Source of the DNA: Proteromonas lacertae
Taxonomy: Eukaryota
Direction of reading: 5' to 3'
Length of the DNA: 64,000 nucleotides
Assembly: GCA_002245135.1 (NCBI GenBank)
Contig: NGBS01000597.1
Coordinates: 62,001-126,000 of the forward strand
Part shown: in pieces, positions 11,917-24,669 of the stretch
How positions within the stretch are numbered: position 1 is the stretch's first letter
How the letters are laid out: every line of letters starts with the position of its first letter
Made by a program: the position numbers and the translations under genes
The notes under the pieces: generated by a model
The model's input: only the letters and a program-made list of their open reading frames with translations
Databases searched by the model: none
Told to the model about the DNA's origin: nothing

Positions 11917-14560
11917 TTATAAATATATTTTTAAATTATAATTACAGTTATTGAACAACTCATTTCTGTCAAATTCAGCATCTTCAATCATATTGTCTAT
12001 AAACAATAAAAAATATATAAATATGATATATTTATATATACATGACATATTTAAAAAATCTAATAAAGGTAAATGTGGTAAAGAAGTGATTATCATTTCA
12101 AATCCCTTCTTCTCTATGTTGTTAACACCCATTTCCAATCTCCTCAAATTACTTAAAACGGTTAAACTCTTACTAAATGTTTTAATTCCTATATCACTAA
12201 TATGATTTCCATTCAAGTTTAATTCTTCTAATAAAGTCAAATGTTTTAGATTATTTGACAAATCTTTCAAACCATTATTCATGATCATATTATCTAATAG
12301 TATATTATAATATATTTATACTGTGAAGGTCTAATTTCCTTAAACATTTCAACTTACTAACATTATTACTGAATATTCTAATGCCATTTTCAGTGATGTT
12401 ATTTCCTTCTAAATTGAGAATTTCAATTGTTGGTATAAAGTTAAAATTATCTGATAACAATTGAATGCCTTTATCTCGTATATCTTGATTCCATAAGTAT
12501 AATTCTTTTCCTTTTCTCACACTATCTATTATTTTAAATTTTAGAGTGTTATATATCAGTTTTATCTGACTAATTATTGAATATCTAAATTCTGGATATT
12601 CAAGACTAATATTCAACAATATAAAGAATAATTGTGAATCTGTATTCTTATTATATTTTTGAATTATATTATTCAATAGCTCATCTTGGTTCATTAGAAT
12701 ATTATATATTTCTTCTTTGGTAATAATTGGTTCTAAATTGTCTATTTTGTTGTTTATTCTTTCTATAATATCTCCTCCTTCATTCTCTTTACTTTCATCA
12801 TCATCTTCACCTTTCTCTTCTTCATTCTCTATATCATCATCAATTTTTGATTCATCATTACCATCTTTATTATTAACTCTATTCTTTTTAAACTCATTTG
12901 TGATACTTTCAAATGTCTTTTCTTCTTTCTCAACTGAATTTGGTTTAGGATAATTATCATAATCAACAGGAACACCAACAGGATAATACCATTTTATATC
13001 TCTTTTTAAACTGTAATTGTATTTAGAATGATTATTGTTGGTATTATAGCTTTGTAAACATTCAAATTTGATTGGATTCTTTGGTAATATTTTTCTGTAT
13101 TTTTCTGGTGGTGGGAATTTTTGATGAATGACTATTCTAACAATGTCATTTACCATACTTTCTAATTGTTTTAAATGAATATCGTTATATGAATCTATTT
13201 CAGTAAATATATATATATATAATTATATAATACTCAAATCTGGATCATTTGTTATATCAAACAACCATATTCTTAAATCTTCATCTAACTATTTAAAATA
13301 ATTAATGATATAAATGTATACGCAAAACTCAAACTGCAACAACTCAAAACAATCTCTTAACTTATTACTTTCATTCATTTTCAAGAGAATTGAATTGACT
13401 GAATCTAAGACAATATCTCTTATTCTATTTATTATTACTTTTTCACTAAACAAATAAAAGAATAGTAATTATACAAAACAATATAATTAGATGGATAACA
13501 TTTATCAATATATTGCTTCAACTCATTCATTTCCAATATATCAACACAGTTTTTGCTTAACTTATTTTCATACATCTGATACAGTGAGACAAACCCATCT
13601 TTATAAATATAAATATCTTTCTCATTTGTCAATAAACAAAACATATTAATTACTATCATTGAATTGTTATATAATAATGGTTTTTTCTATTAGTTTTTGA
13701 ACTACAAATCTATTTTATAATAATAATAAATATATATATATATATACTCTTCAACATTTTGCCTTGACTTAATAAAATCAAAAATACATTTTATATCATT
13801 CATTATTAATATATGATTGGATGTCTTTCTTTTATATTTAATCAACCATTTATTTTCCACACAATGTTTTAATGGAAGTGAAAAGAATTGTCTTTTTTCA
13901 ATTTTGTTTTTATTTCTACTGAAAGCATGAATAAATGATTTGATATTCTTTTCAGAAGTATGAGAAAGTATATATGATGGTAGTATAACAGAATTCACAA
14001 AGATTCCATGAACTTGATAATATTCAGTCAAATTTCTATTCAATATATAATTCAAAAATGATAATATACTCAATGAATGTTGATATTTTAATTAAACCTG
14101 TAATATCAATGAAATGGTTTACTAATTGTCGAGTATGAGTAGAATTTGTAGAATAGGGCAATGGTTGACTATTTATATAATATATAATTATTTATATTTG
14201 ATATACTTGTGAAGTGTAATTTTGTAATTAGGAATAACACTAGGAATTCTGAGACTATTATTCCAGCAAAAATCAAAATTCTGTTTAGGAAATGTTGTTA
14301 CTGATAGATTGATGATTGCATCAAAAATATGAGATAAATGAGATTCTGTCAAAGCTAATTCTTTTGGGTTTTCTATCATATTCATAGCTTCTTCATATTG
14401 CATAAATGTTTGATATAATTTATCACCATCTTTACAAGCATTCTATAGATTTGTTAATATAACACTATACTCTCCACCATGGTAATTTTGATAGACATTT
14501 TTGTACAATTTTACCATTATTAGTTGGAAATATCAAATATCTGTACTTCTTACTACTCAT
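11917..14560 (-). CDS. Divergent tubulin-tyrosine-ligase-like (TTLL) domain fused to C-terminal RNI-like LRRs
   Basis: Spliced exons give NNGKIVQKCLSKLPWW, FDFCW, QLVNHF, ILPSYIL, KWLIK, VQKLIEK, CFELLQFEFCLDEDLRIWLFDITNDPD; then LNLEGNNITENGI and LNLNGNHISDIGI LRRs. Confidence 0.7.
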
Positions 14561-14734
14561 TTTCGTTTCTGAAATTCAAAAAATCAAAAATGAAACGACT
14601 ATATATTCAAAAATTATTACTGTTCAATTTATGGATTTATAATAGAAGATAACTAAATAGAAAATTCAAAAAGCTTCAATTTAGGAAGATAATAGATAGA
14701 TAAAAATGTGAAAAAAGAAATGCAAATTCAGCCC

Positions 14735-14743
14735 AAAGCTTGA
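14735..14743 (+). promoter_or_regulatory. Recurrent AAAGCTTGA element upstream of a start codon (representative copy)
   Basis: The same word occurs in 5' intergenic regions at about 917, 2981, 24551, 30645, 44630 and 54511. Confidence 0.5.
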
Positions 14744-14761
14744 GACAACTCGAATCTAAAA

Positions 14762-15929
14762 ATGAGAACACAAATATATCTCTTGGTATCATTATTATTT
14801 TGCGTTGCAATTTGTCAAGATGAAGTAGTTGAATATACTACACCAGTATTCATTCACGGTGAAGGAGGTTACCCATGTTTGAGAATCCCAGCCATTGTTC
14901 AAACAAAGAGTGGTAAATTATTAGCCTTTGCTGAATGCAGAACCTTCACTGGTGATGGATGTAATCCAACAAAGAAATATCAATACACCTCAAAAGAAGG
15001 TGTTGCTCCAAACGCATTGAAAGGGTATTTCCTATAATACATCTATCTATCTATTAAATAGACATATGTGTATGAAGACATCAACTGATTTAGGAAAGAC
15101 TTGGTCAAACCTTACATTCCCATTCGGTAAAGAAGCTTGGCAAGATGATCCAGAACCAGTATACGATGAAAATGCCAATGCAGTCATCTTCCCAATTATG
15201 CACGAAATCAACGGTAGAAGTGTAGTTTATCAACGTATCAGTTATGATGAAGGTGAAACATGGGTTGAAGAACAAGATTTAAGTCAATACTTAAAACCAA
15301 ATGAAGGAACATATCCAGGTCCAGGTGCTGGTGTAATGAAGGAATTTGAACCACACAAGGGTAGATTATTATTCATTGGTCATTGGGGTGCTTACCAAAA
15401 GGATATTGTCTGGTATAGTGATGATCATGGAAAGACATACAAGAGAGCTGAATATACCTTCCCAGGAATGGATGAAGCTATGTTAGTAGAATTATCCAAT
15501 GGTACAATGATGGCTAACTTAAGAAATAATAAGAAATGGGGTCCATACCGTGCTGTTTCAATTTCTAAGGATGGTGGTGAAACATGGACTGAAGTAAGAC
15601 CAGAGAAACAATTAATTGATCCAGTCTGTCAAGGATCTATTATCAGAAATGGTAAAAACTTATATTTCAGTAATGTTCACACTGAAAACTCAAGAACCAA
15701 CATGACTGTTATGTTCTCCAAGGATGATGGCGAAACATGGAAGAAATATGTTCAATTAACAAAGGATGAAAGTGCTTACAGTTGTTTAACCAGAGTAGGA
15801 AAGCAAGATCATATTGGTTTATTATATGAAAAGAAGTGGGAAAATTGCAATGGTCATGCATGTGCCATATTATTCGCTTACATCAAGACTGATGATAAAG
15901 TTAAAACTACACCAAATCTAAGAAAGTAG
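14762..15929 (+). CDS. Secreted GH33 sialidase (exo-alpha-sialidase)
   Basis: Signal peptide, LRIP motif, five Asp-boxes (STDLGKTW, SYDEGETW, SDDHGKTY, SKDGGETW, SKDDGETW), YPGPGAG, DEA, SAYS with the catalytic Tyr; one intron at about 15025-15061. Confidence 0.92.
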
Positions 15930-16040
15930 ATGAATCAGTATTGATTAACTCTACAATTGTGAGTTAGATTTGTTTTTTGAATTGGGTTAAAAAATGAAAA
16001 ATCATTAAAAATACATTTGGCGCGAAAACATCATTTTTGA

Positions 16041-19000
16041 ATGAATAAGCCTAAGAACAACTATGACAAGGAAAAAGAGATTATTTTGAAGGTATGAATG
16101 AATAGTTGTATATAATAGACTAAATATAATCCATTAAATGATGAACAATTTAAACAAATTCCTGATAAGAAGGATATTAAGCCTCTTCCAAATGTGAAAT
16201 CAGTTACATTGAATATATCAGCATATTTAGCATGGCTTTCAAAACCTATTGTCCTACAACCATTGAAATACATACCTAAGAACAAAATAGACTTTAAATC
16301 ATTAGAAAAACAGAATAGTATCACAGTTATACCTCCTGGTCCTTCTAAACAACCATCTACATCCAATGTTTCAGTTCAAAATCCAATTCAAGTGAAGAAT
16401 AACACAAATACACCATACACTAGTTCATTTCAATCTAATCAAACAAATTTCAATCAGAAGAAGAACGATTTATCTGATGATTTATTTATTGATTTAGATA
16501 ATGATGATCTTGATGCAATAGAACAATCATTTATTAATCCATTACTCAAAGATAGTTTTTACACATCCACACCATCCAATACACCAATGCCAATCAAATC
16601 AACAAATACATTTCCATCTTCATCTCCAACAAACATGTCTTACAATAGCAGTAGTAATTATAATAATACTAATGATGCTACAATAAGCAAATATCAATCT
16701 AATAATTATACAAATTACAATTATTCTCCTATTACACCAAATTCCACACTTAATTCTTCATCTTCTTACAATATGAGCGATATAATGAAAGTAAACCATG
16801 AAATATTCGGTCACAACTCCTTCCGTCCCAGTCAAAAAGAAATCATAACTGCTGCTCTCAATAATGAAGATGTATTTGTAATAATGCCAACTGGAGGAGG
16901 TAAATCATTATGTTATCAATTACCAGCTTATATATGTCCAGGATTATCAATCGTAATATCACCACTAATATCACTTATACAGGATCAAGTAATGGAATTG
17001 AATTCATTGAATATAAATGCAGCATTTTTAAACTCCACTCAAAAAAGAGAAGATTCTGATAGAGTAATTAATGGATTAAGACAAAACCCGCCATATTATA
17101 AACTACTCTATTTAACACCAGAAAAGGTTAACAACAGTAATTTCATAATGAATATATTAAAGTCATTAGAATATAAAGGATATTTGAGTAGATTTGTAAT
17201 AGATGAAGCTCATTGTGTTAGTCAATGGGGACATGATTTTAGACCTGATTATTTACATTTATCAATCTTAAAAGAGACATTTCCAAAAGTTCCAATAATG
17301 GCATTGACTGCTACAGCAACTGATAAAGTGAAATTTGATATAATTCGTTCATTGAAAATGTCTAAAGTTGTGACATTTCAAAGGAGTTTTAATCGTCCTG
17401 AATTAAGATATGAAGTGAGAAAAAGATCTGGTTTTAAGAAAACAATTGATGAAATATCTGCTTTTATATTAAAATATCACCCAGATTCAAGTGGTATAAT
17501 TTACTGTCTGTCCAGGAAACTATGTGAAGAAGTAAGTAAAGCATTAAGTGAGAAATTTATAGGAACAAAATTAGAGAATATGGTTGAACATTATCATGCT
17601 GGAATTGAAGATGAAATGGATAGACAACAAAGACATATGAATTGGAGTAGTGATAAAACTAAAATTATTGTCGCCACTGTCGCATTTGGAATGGGAATTA
17701 ACAAGCCTGATGTTCGATATGTAATTCATTATTCTTTACCTCAATCATTAATTCATTATTATCAAGAAAGTGGTAGAGCTGGAAGAGATCAGAATATAGC
17801 TAATTGTATATTGTATTATAATTACAGTGATAAATCAATGTTACAGTCTTTAATAAAACAGAATGTTGATAATCGAATGGAACATTATAATTTAACTAAT
17901 ATTGAAAGAGTGGTTAGTTATTGTGAAAATCAAACTGATTGTAGAAGATCGTTAATATTACAATATTTTGGTGAGAAATATAATAGAGAATTATGTAATG
18001 GAACTTGTGATAATTGTAAAATATATAATAGAGTAACTATAAAGAATGTAAAAGAAGATGCGAAGAGATTATGTAGTATAATCCAACAGTGTAGTAGCAA
18101 GAATAACAATTGTACATTAATACAGTGTATTAATGTGTATAAAGGAAATAAAACAAAGGTTGAATTTGAAAGTTTAGATGAGTATGGTAAAGGTAAAAGT
18201 TGGGATAAGAATGATTTAGAAAGGTTATTACATAAACTAATGTTTGATCATATTATAGAAGAAGAAGAAAGATTGAACCAATCAGGTTTCTTTAATCAAT
18301 TCTTGAAACCATCAATTAATTTCACATCCTTTATGTTGGATAATGTTAAACCATATGAATTATCATTTATTAAAGGTGGAACAAGTAGTAGTAGTAATAA
18401 TAATAATAAAGACTTAGTTGAAAATAAAAAGAATATCGAATCTATCTCTAGAATTGATAAGAAATTATCTTCTCAATTAGAAGGTGAATTAAGAGCTGTA
18501 AGAACTGCACTATCAACTACAGAACATATAACAGCTTCAAGACTTGTAACAAATGAAGCAATCACTCAGATGTCTACTTTAATACCATCAACCGAAGCTG
18601 AATTGTTGTTATTAGATAATATGACTAAACCAAAGGTTCAGAAATGGGGTTTGCATTTCTTAGCTGTGATTAATGACTTTTTGAAGAGGAATAATATAAC
18701 ACCAAAAGGTGAATTTGTTGTTCCATCATCATCATCATCATCCAATGAGAATAAAGAGAATATGTATATATATATTGTTATTATTATTATTAATAGGAAT
18801 AATGCTAATATCAATCCTTCTTCTTCCTCTGTAAATGCGTTTAATAATGGTAGTAATGATTTATCAGAGAAAAATAACAAAAGAAAATCAAGAACTCCAA
18901 GAAAGAAAGCTGATAATAATAATGACAGTAATAAGCAAGGAACGAAGAGAAGAACTACTGATTTTTTAGATAGTGAAGCTCCTAAACCAAAGGTTAGATC

Positions 19001-19118
19001 GAAAGGAAAGTCATTACTTCATCCTGAAGCTAAGAATTCAGTTTCTGGGAATATTAATTCTACTGCTACTCCTTTATCTTCGAATAGCAAAGGATTACAT
19101 GCTTTATTACCAAAATAA
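16041..19118 (+). CDS. RecQ family DNA helicase (BLM/SGS1-like) with RQC and HRDC domains
   Basis: MPTGGGKSLCYQLPA, DEAHCVSQWGHDFRPDY, ALTATAT, ATVAFGMGINKPDVR, YYQESGRAGRD, CRR...CDNC zinc site. Confidence 0.95.
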
Positions 19119-19214
19119 TTTAAATACTTTTTTCATTCTGTGATATTTTTGTGTATAAAACTAAAATACAAATCTTCAAAGAAATACAATTGTATTTTTG
19201 TGTATTTTGGAATA

Positions 19215-20496
19215 ATGTCTCTTTTATCATTACCTGAACCTATTTATACTGTAATAACATCGTATTTCAATGAAAAAGATATGATGAACTTCCTATTATC
19301 AAGTACTCGTTTATATAAGGTATTTATGCTTCATTTCACATACAGGCTTGTAATACCAATGTGTGTTGGGAAAATATGTTCATGAATATGGTGTCAAAAG
19401 AAACATATGATATATATTCAGCATTTCTTCCAAATAATCTAACTTTAAGAAAATACTTCTTTTGGATGATGAAAGTATGAATAGATTTAAATAATTGAAT
19501 AGAGAAATAAAAAGAGAGACAAAAAGCCAGATACTTATCGAGAAGATTCAAAACACTATTTCAAGTTGGGATATGATAGTTCAGACGATGATATTGAGAA
19601 TTATCTTTACGAAGAAATATGCAAATGGGATGATCCAGGTAATATTCGTTATTTATTAATTGGAGGATTGTATAATATATTATTCATATATTCATCTCTT
19701 TTATATTTTGATATTTTGATATAGAAGAGGTAATTCACCAAATGATATATTCAAGATGCATTATTCGGAGTTTATTAATTTAAAATATTTGGATTTAGGA
19801 TGTTATGGATATGAAGAATATGTATTAAACGTTTAAAATGAAATGTATTTCAATAGGAATTATCATGGACTGCTTCAATCAATATCCAATTATTACTTGA
19901 CTGGTTTCCAAATTTATTATATCTATATCTTAAAAATGGAGAGAAACAATCTACAATAGGCAGAAATAAACGTTATCCTGAAATGTATTATTTGGGAATA
20001 GAATCATGTGGAATATGTAATGATCTATTAGAAAATCTATTTTCTAATAAATTTGATAATCTAATCGAATTAGAAGTCTGGGTAGGATGTGAAGAAAGAG
20101 GAAATCATAGTAATGAAAGTACATTTACTAATTTATTAAACAAATCATTTGCACCAAATTTAAAAATCCTGAGAATTAGAAATACAGAAAATATCAATGA
20201 TTTATTACCTTCAATCATTTCTTCTCTATTATTCAAAGATTTGATAGAAATTGATTTTTCATTTGGTGTAATTGATAATAATTCATATCGATATTTGAAA
20301 ACAATATTAGAATCAGAGAATATAAAAGTTTTAGTATTATATAACCATTATATTGGAGAATCAGAAATAGATGTATTGCAGAAAGTATAAGAATATAAAA
20401 TTTAATAATATAAAATAGATATCAGATGAAAATGGAAAGATTTTGAAAGAATCAAAATGTTACAGAAACAGACATTATGTAGCTGTTTCAGAATAA
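19215..20496 (+). CDS. F-box-like N-terminus plus LRR domain (resembles the bacterial STM4015 family)
   Basis: MSLLSLPEPIYTVITSYF F-box pattern; IRYLLIGG, LDLG..YEE/ELSW, FPNLLYL, FAPNLKILRIRN, LIEIDFSFG, terminal YVAVSE; 5 GT-AG introns. Confidence 0.6.
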
Positions 20497-20584
20497 TCGA
20501 AACAAACATATAATATCCATTTTTACTGTTATATTCACTTTTTCATTTTCAATCCCCAAAATTGAACTGAAATTAACAATATAC

Positions 20585-21656
20585 TTAATTTAAATAGTTA
20601 TATATAATTTCTTACTCTTTACTACAGATAATAACATATCATCATTAAGTAGAATTTCGCCTTGTTCACCAATTATTTGAAATTCCGCATTATAGTTATA
20701 CACAATCTCCATAATACTTTTCACTAAATCATATAACTCAATACAACTCATTTTTGGATTAAATTTTCTATTTAAAACATAGTCATCTGGGAAAATAATC
20801 TAATCAAAATATTAATAAATAAATACTGATAATGATATAGAAGCTTGATAAAACTTTGGTTGTAAACCAAATATATCATTCAATAGCTTTTCAAAATCTT
20901 TCATTTCTCTTGAACTTCTGAATTTTTCTTTTATTCCATCTTTCTTTTGTTGAAAAAATGATGATATTTTATCACTGAATGAGAATTCTTTTTCTGCTTT
21001 TGTTAGTTTATTTACTGGGTAATAAAATGATTTTGTTTGACTTGTTGGCTATTTAATATATTTATATATTAATAATAATACAATCATTGGATTTGGGAAT
21101 GTACCGTATAATACAAATACACTTAAATTCTTATCAATCATCGATTGTAAATACTCCATCAAATAAGATTCTGTTAAATACTGTGGTCCTGATGAAAGAC
21201 TGTTAAATAACCACCAATTCTCATACATATATCGCAAACCAATCCAGTGGTAATTATAATTTGCTATAAAAGCTAGTGGATGAGAGTATTTGGAGTTATC
21301 TGAAAGTGGTTGATAATGTTCCATTGTAACTCCTTGTCTTGAAAAAGCAATTTTTAAAACCTTTTGTAATTTATATAAATAATTGATTTATACATCAACA
21401 GAAAAATTACCATTGAAATCTCCATAAGTATAAGGGTCAATCTATATTTAATGGTAGAAATATACTTTCTGAATTGTATCTCTTAAAGAATTCTCTTCTA
21501 CACCTAGAGAGAAAGCAATAGCGAAAAGATCATCCTAAAAATAAATAAATAACACTATACATCGGTATAAAAAGGGCCTTGTAATATGTTGTTTACACAA
21601 TGCTTCCCACACATTGAGTCATAGCCTTGTTTTTCGAAATATAAAAGTTTAGTCAT
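20585..21656 (-). CDS. Josephin/ataxin-3-like deubiquitinase with possible C-terminal UBX/ubiquitin-like domain
   Basis: YFEKQ..SMCGKHCVNNILQG (catalytic C), GNFSVDVL, HWIGLR (H), WLFNSL (N); C-terminal QIIFPD..VLNRKF. Confidence 0.88.
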
Positions 21657-21807
21657 CTCAAACAGTTATCAAGTTTCATTTGACAATTTGTGTGTATATT
21701 TCACTGAAACTATTTTGCTATTCTGATATTGTCTTTATTTGTTCCATTAAAACATTTTAGAGTATGATCTTGTTGAATTAATAGGTTGTTTGAAAAAGTT
21801 GATTGAA

Positions 21808-23353
21808 ATGGGTGTATGAAACTCAACCAAAAATTTGCACCTATATCATTTTTTTCAATAAATGAATAGAAGGCGTTGTGAATAAAGTATTCTTATTACT
21901 CAGATAAATATTATTTATAGTTTCTCTCTACATTTACATCAGCGATAAACTCGAATAACACTATATTACTAAAACAGATATTTACTTTAAGTACAAACTC
22001 TCTTCCTGATTCATTTGCATCAAGTGCTCTTGCTGTATGTTAAATCATTATTATTTTCATAATAGAGTCCTGAAGAACTAAAATCAACATTACAAAGTTT
22101 AATAAATGGAGAAGAGTATTATTTAATTTTTATGTATTATACTTAGAGATTGTTCTAACTTTATATGTCATTTTATAAAGGCTTGGGCAAATTATAAGAA
22201 TCATAACTTGAGTGAGTGTTGTAATAACTATGAAAAGTCTATAACATACTTTTTATCATCTTACTACAAAGACACTGATAATGAATGGACAATACAATTA
22301 ATGAAGCAATTCTGTCACGAATTATATCACACAGCTGTAAATGCTGATTTAGAAACAAGTAAAAATAATAACAATGTAGATTGGCACAAATATGTATATA
22401 TAAATAATATAATATAAATATATATATATAAATAGAAGAATAATTATAGTAGAGGTTTAATGGATTGGTTTGCAACTTGTTATGGAGATAAATCAAAACT
22501 CCAAAATCAAAAAATCCAAATTATTATAGTAATATCATTTTTTTCTAAATAGTCTTTTTTTAAATAATTAATGTTCCTTAATAATATGATATAAATAGTG
22601 AATTACTTGTATAGATTGTACTTCTTAATCAACAATATAACAATTAAAACTTGTACAGTATTATACAATCAAATGAAGAAAATGCCAATTAATTTGTGTA
22701 GTAAAAGTGATCAAATTACATATCATTATTATATTGGAAGAATATTGATGTTTACTGAACAGTATAGTGAAGGAGTTGAACATTTAGAATATGCATTTAT
22801 TCATTGTCATAAGAATTATTTTAATAATAGAAGAAGAATATTGAAATATCTAGTACCAATGCAACTGATGATTGGGAAAATGATAAATCTACAACTTGTT
22901 GAACAATATAAACTTAATAATGTATATATTATTGTTTATATTTATATAGTATTTGACTTTATTAAAGTGTTTAAAGAATGGAAATATAGGATTGTATGAT
23001 AAAGTATTAGAAGAGAATGAAAATGAGTTTATATCAACAGGTGTTTATTTAATATTTGAAAGATTAAGATACATTGTATATCGTAATTTATTTATGAATA
23101 CATTAAAAATACTGGAGAAACCTCAAGAACCTTTGAGTATATTTTTAAAAGCACTTGAAATTGCAGGTGAAAATAATGCAGATTTAGATCAATTGGAATG
23201 TATTTTAGCGAATCTAATAGCCAAAGTATGATTGTTTATATAATTGAATAGAAATTTATCAAAGCTTATATAGCACATAAAAAGAGTTTCTTAGTGTTTA
23301 GAGCAACTGGTGCTTTTCCTCCATTTGAAGAAGGTAATTTATCAAAATTATAA
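21808..23353 (+). CDS. PCID2: PCI-domain protein 2 (PCID2/THP1/CSN12-like)
   Basis: VNYLYRLYF, ITYHYYIGR, LEYAFIHCH..YFNNRRRILKYLVP, GVYLIFERL..IVYRNL, LECILANLIAK/FIKAYIAH; start inferred. Confidence 0.85.
22532..22594 (+). other. Probable U12-type AT-AA intron in PCID2
   Basis: 5' ATATCATTT, branch TCCTTAAT at 22575-22582, ends TAA; phase-0 join QKIQIIIV/IVNYLY. Confidence 0.65.
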
Positions 23354-23441
23354 TTAACAGAAAGTGTAATATGAAATTTGTTTCTTTTTTCTTTTTCTAT
23401 TTTATCAATAAAAACAACAACAATATTATACAAAAAATAAA

Positions 23442-24531
23442 TTATATTAATGCTGCTTGTTCTGTACACGCCAAACCATAATAACCTAGAAAACAATCAC
23501 ATAAACCTGTTGTTGGATTACATATTCCATTACCACTACAAGACACAGGAGGTAAACCTGTATTAGTATATTCTATATTACCTTTTCCTCCTTCGAATAG
23601 TTTCTTTCCATCATCCACTTCTTTACTCATGCCTTTATATCCTGACTTTGTATCTGATCCTAACTTAAATGGATATTGTGTTAGTTCATCTTTTCCAATT
23701 ACTTGTATTTGTGATTGTCTTCCTGTTTGATGTTTTCCAAATAAAATTGTTATAGTGTAGTTTGTTGGCTCAGTTGGAGGAGTTGTTGGTGTTGGATTTA
23801 CTGTAATTGAAGCAATATCTATAGAACCAGTTGGTAATGTGTATAATGCTCTTTTCCATTCACTTTCTAAAGTTAAATCTATAAATCTGTTGAATATTTT
23901 CTATTAAAATAGTCTGTGTAATATAAATAGCCATATTTGTTATCTTTAATATTCTTAAGTACAATTGTTTGTGTTGATTGACTTGGACTATCACAATCCG
24001 ATGATGTTACATATCCTGTAGGACATCTACGTTGACTACAATCATAACCAGTCCATTCATTATCACATACACATGCAAAACTATTATCAGCATCCCATAC
24101 TGTATATTCATTATTATTATCATGTACATAATAATTATCAATAAGACTTGGATCTAACCCCATTAATTTGACTGGATCACAAATTCCATGTCCATTACAA
24201 AGATTTGGACAACTCATTCTTTGACAAGCCACTCCTTCATATCCATCATAGCACACACACGATCCTGATGTTCTGTCACAATCTCCTTGACCACTACACT
24301 CCAAAAACACTCGATCTTCCGTTGTTACAGGTGAAGCATAAGGCCTATCATATGGGCATGATCCTAATCAATATATCATTTATAAATACTCAAAGAGCAG
24401 TCAGCACCCATAAATTCAGGAAAACACTGACATATACCAGATCTGTTACAGTTGCCATGTCCACTACACATATTTGGACATCCTATAGAAAGAACAGCTA
24501 CTATTAACATCCATAGAAAGAGAATTTTCAT
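23442..24531 (-). CDS. Secreted EGF/tenascin-like protein of the stramenopile Sig1/Ocm1 (mastigoneme) type; one apparent -1 frameshift at about 23888
   Basis: Signal peptide; CPNMCSGHGNC, ECSGQGDCDRTSGSCVCYDGYEGVACQRMSCPNLCNGHGIC, WDA...CVCD..WTGYDCSQRRCP; C-terminal CSGNGIC...CFLGYYGLACTEQAALI. Confidence 0.8.
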
Positions 24532-24669
24532 TTTAAAAACAAGTCCGTTGTCAAGCTTTTTTAAAGTTTGATCACATTTAAATCATCAAAGAATCTATTA
24601 ATGGAAATAATTTTGACATTTTATCATTATTCAACACAACATAAATGCAATTAAAAAAACAAATTAATT

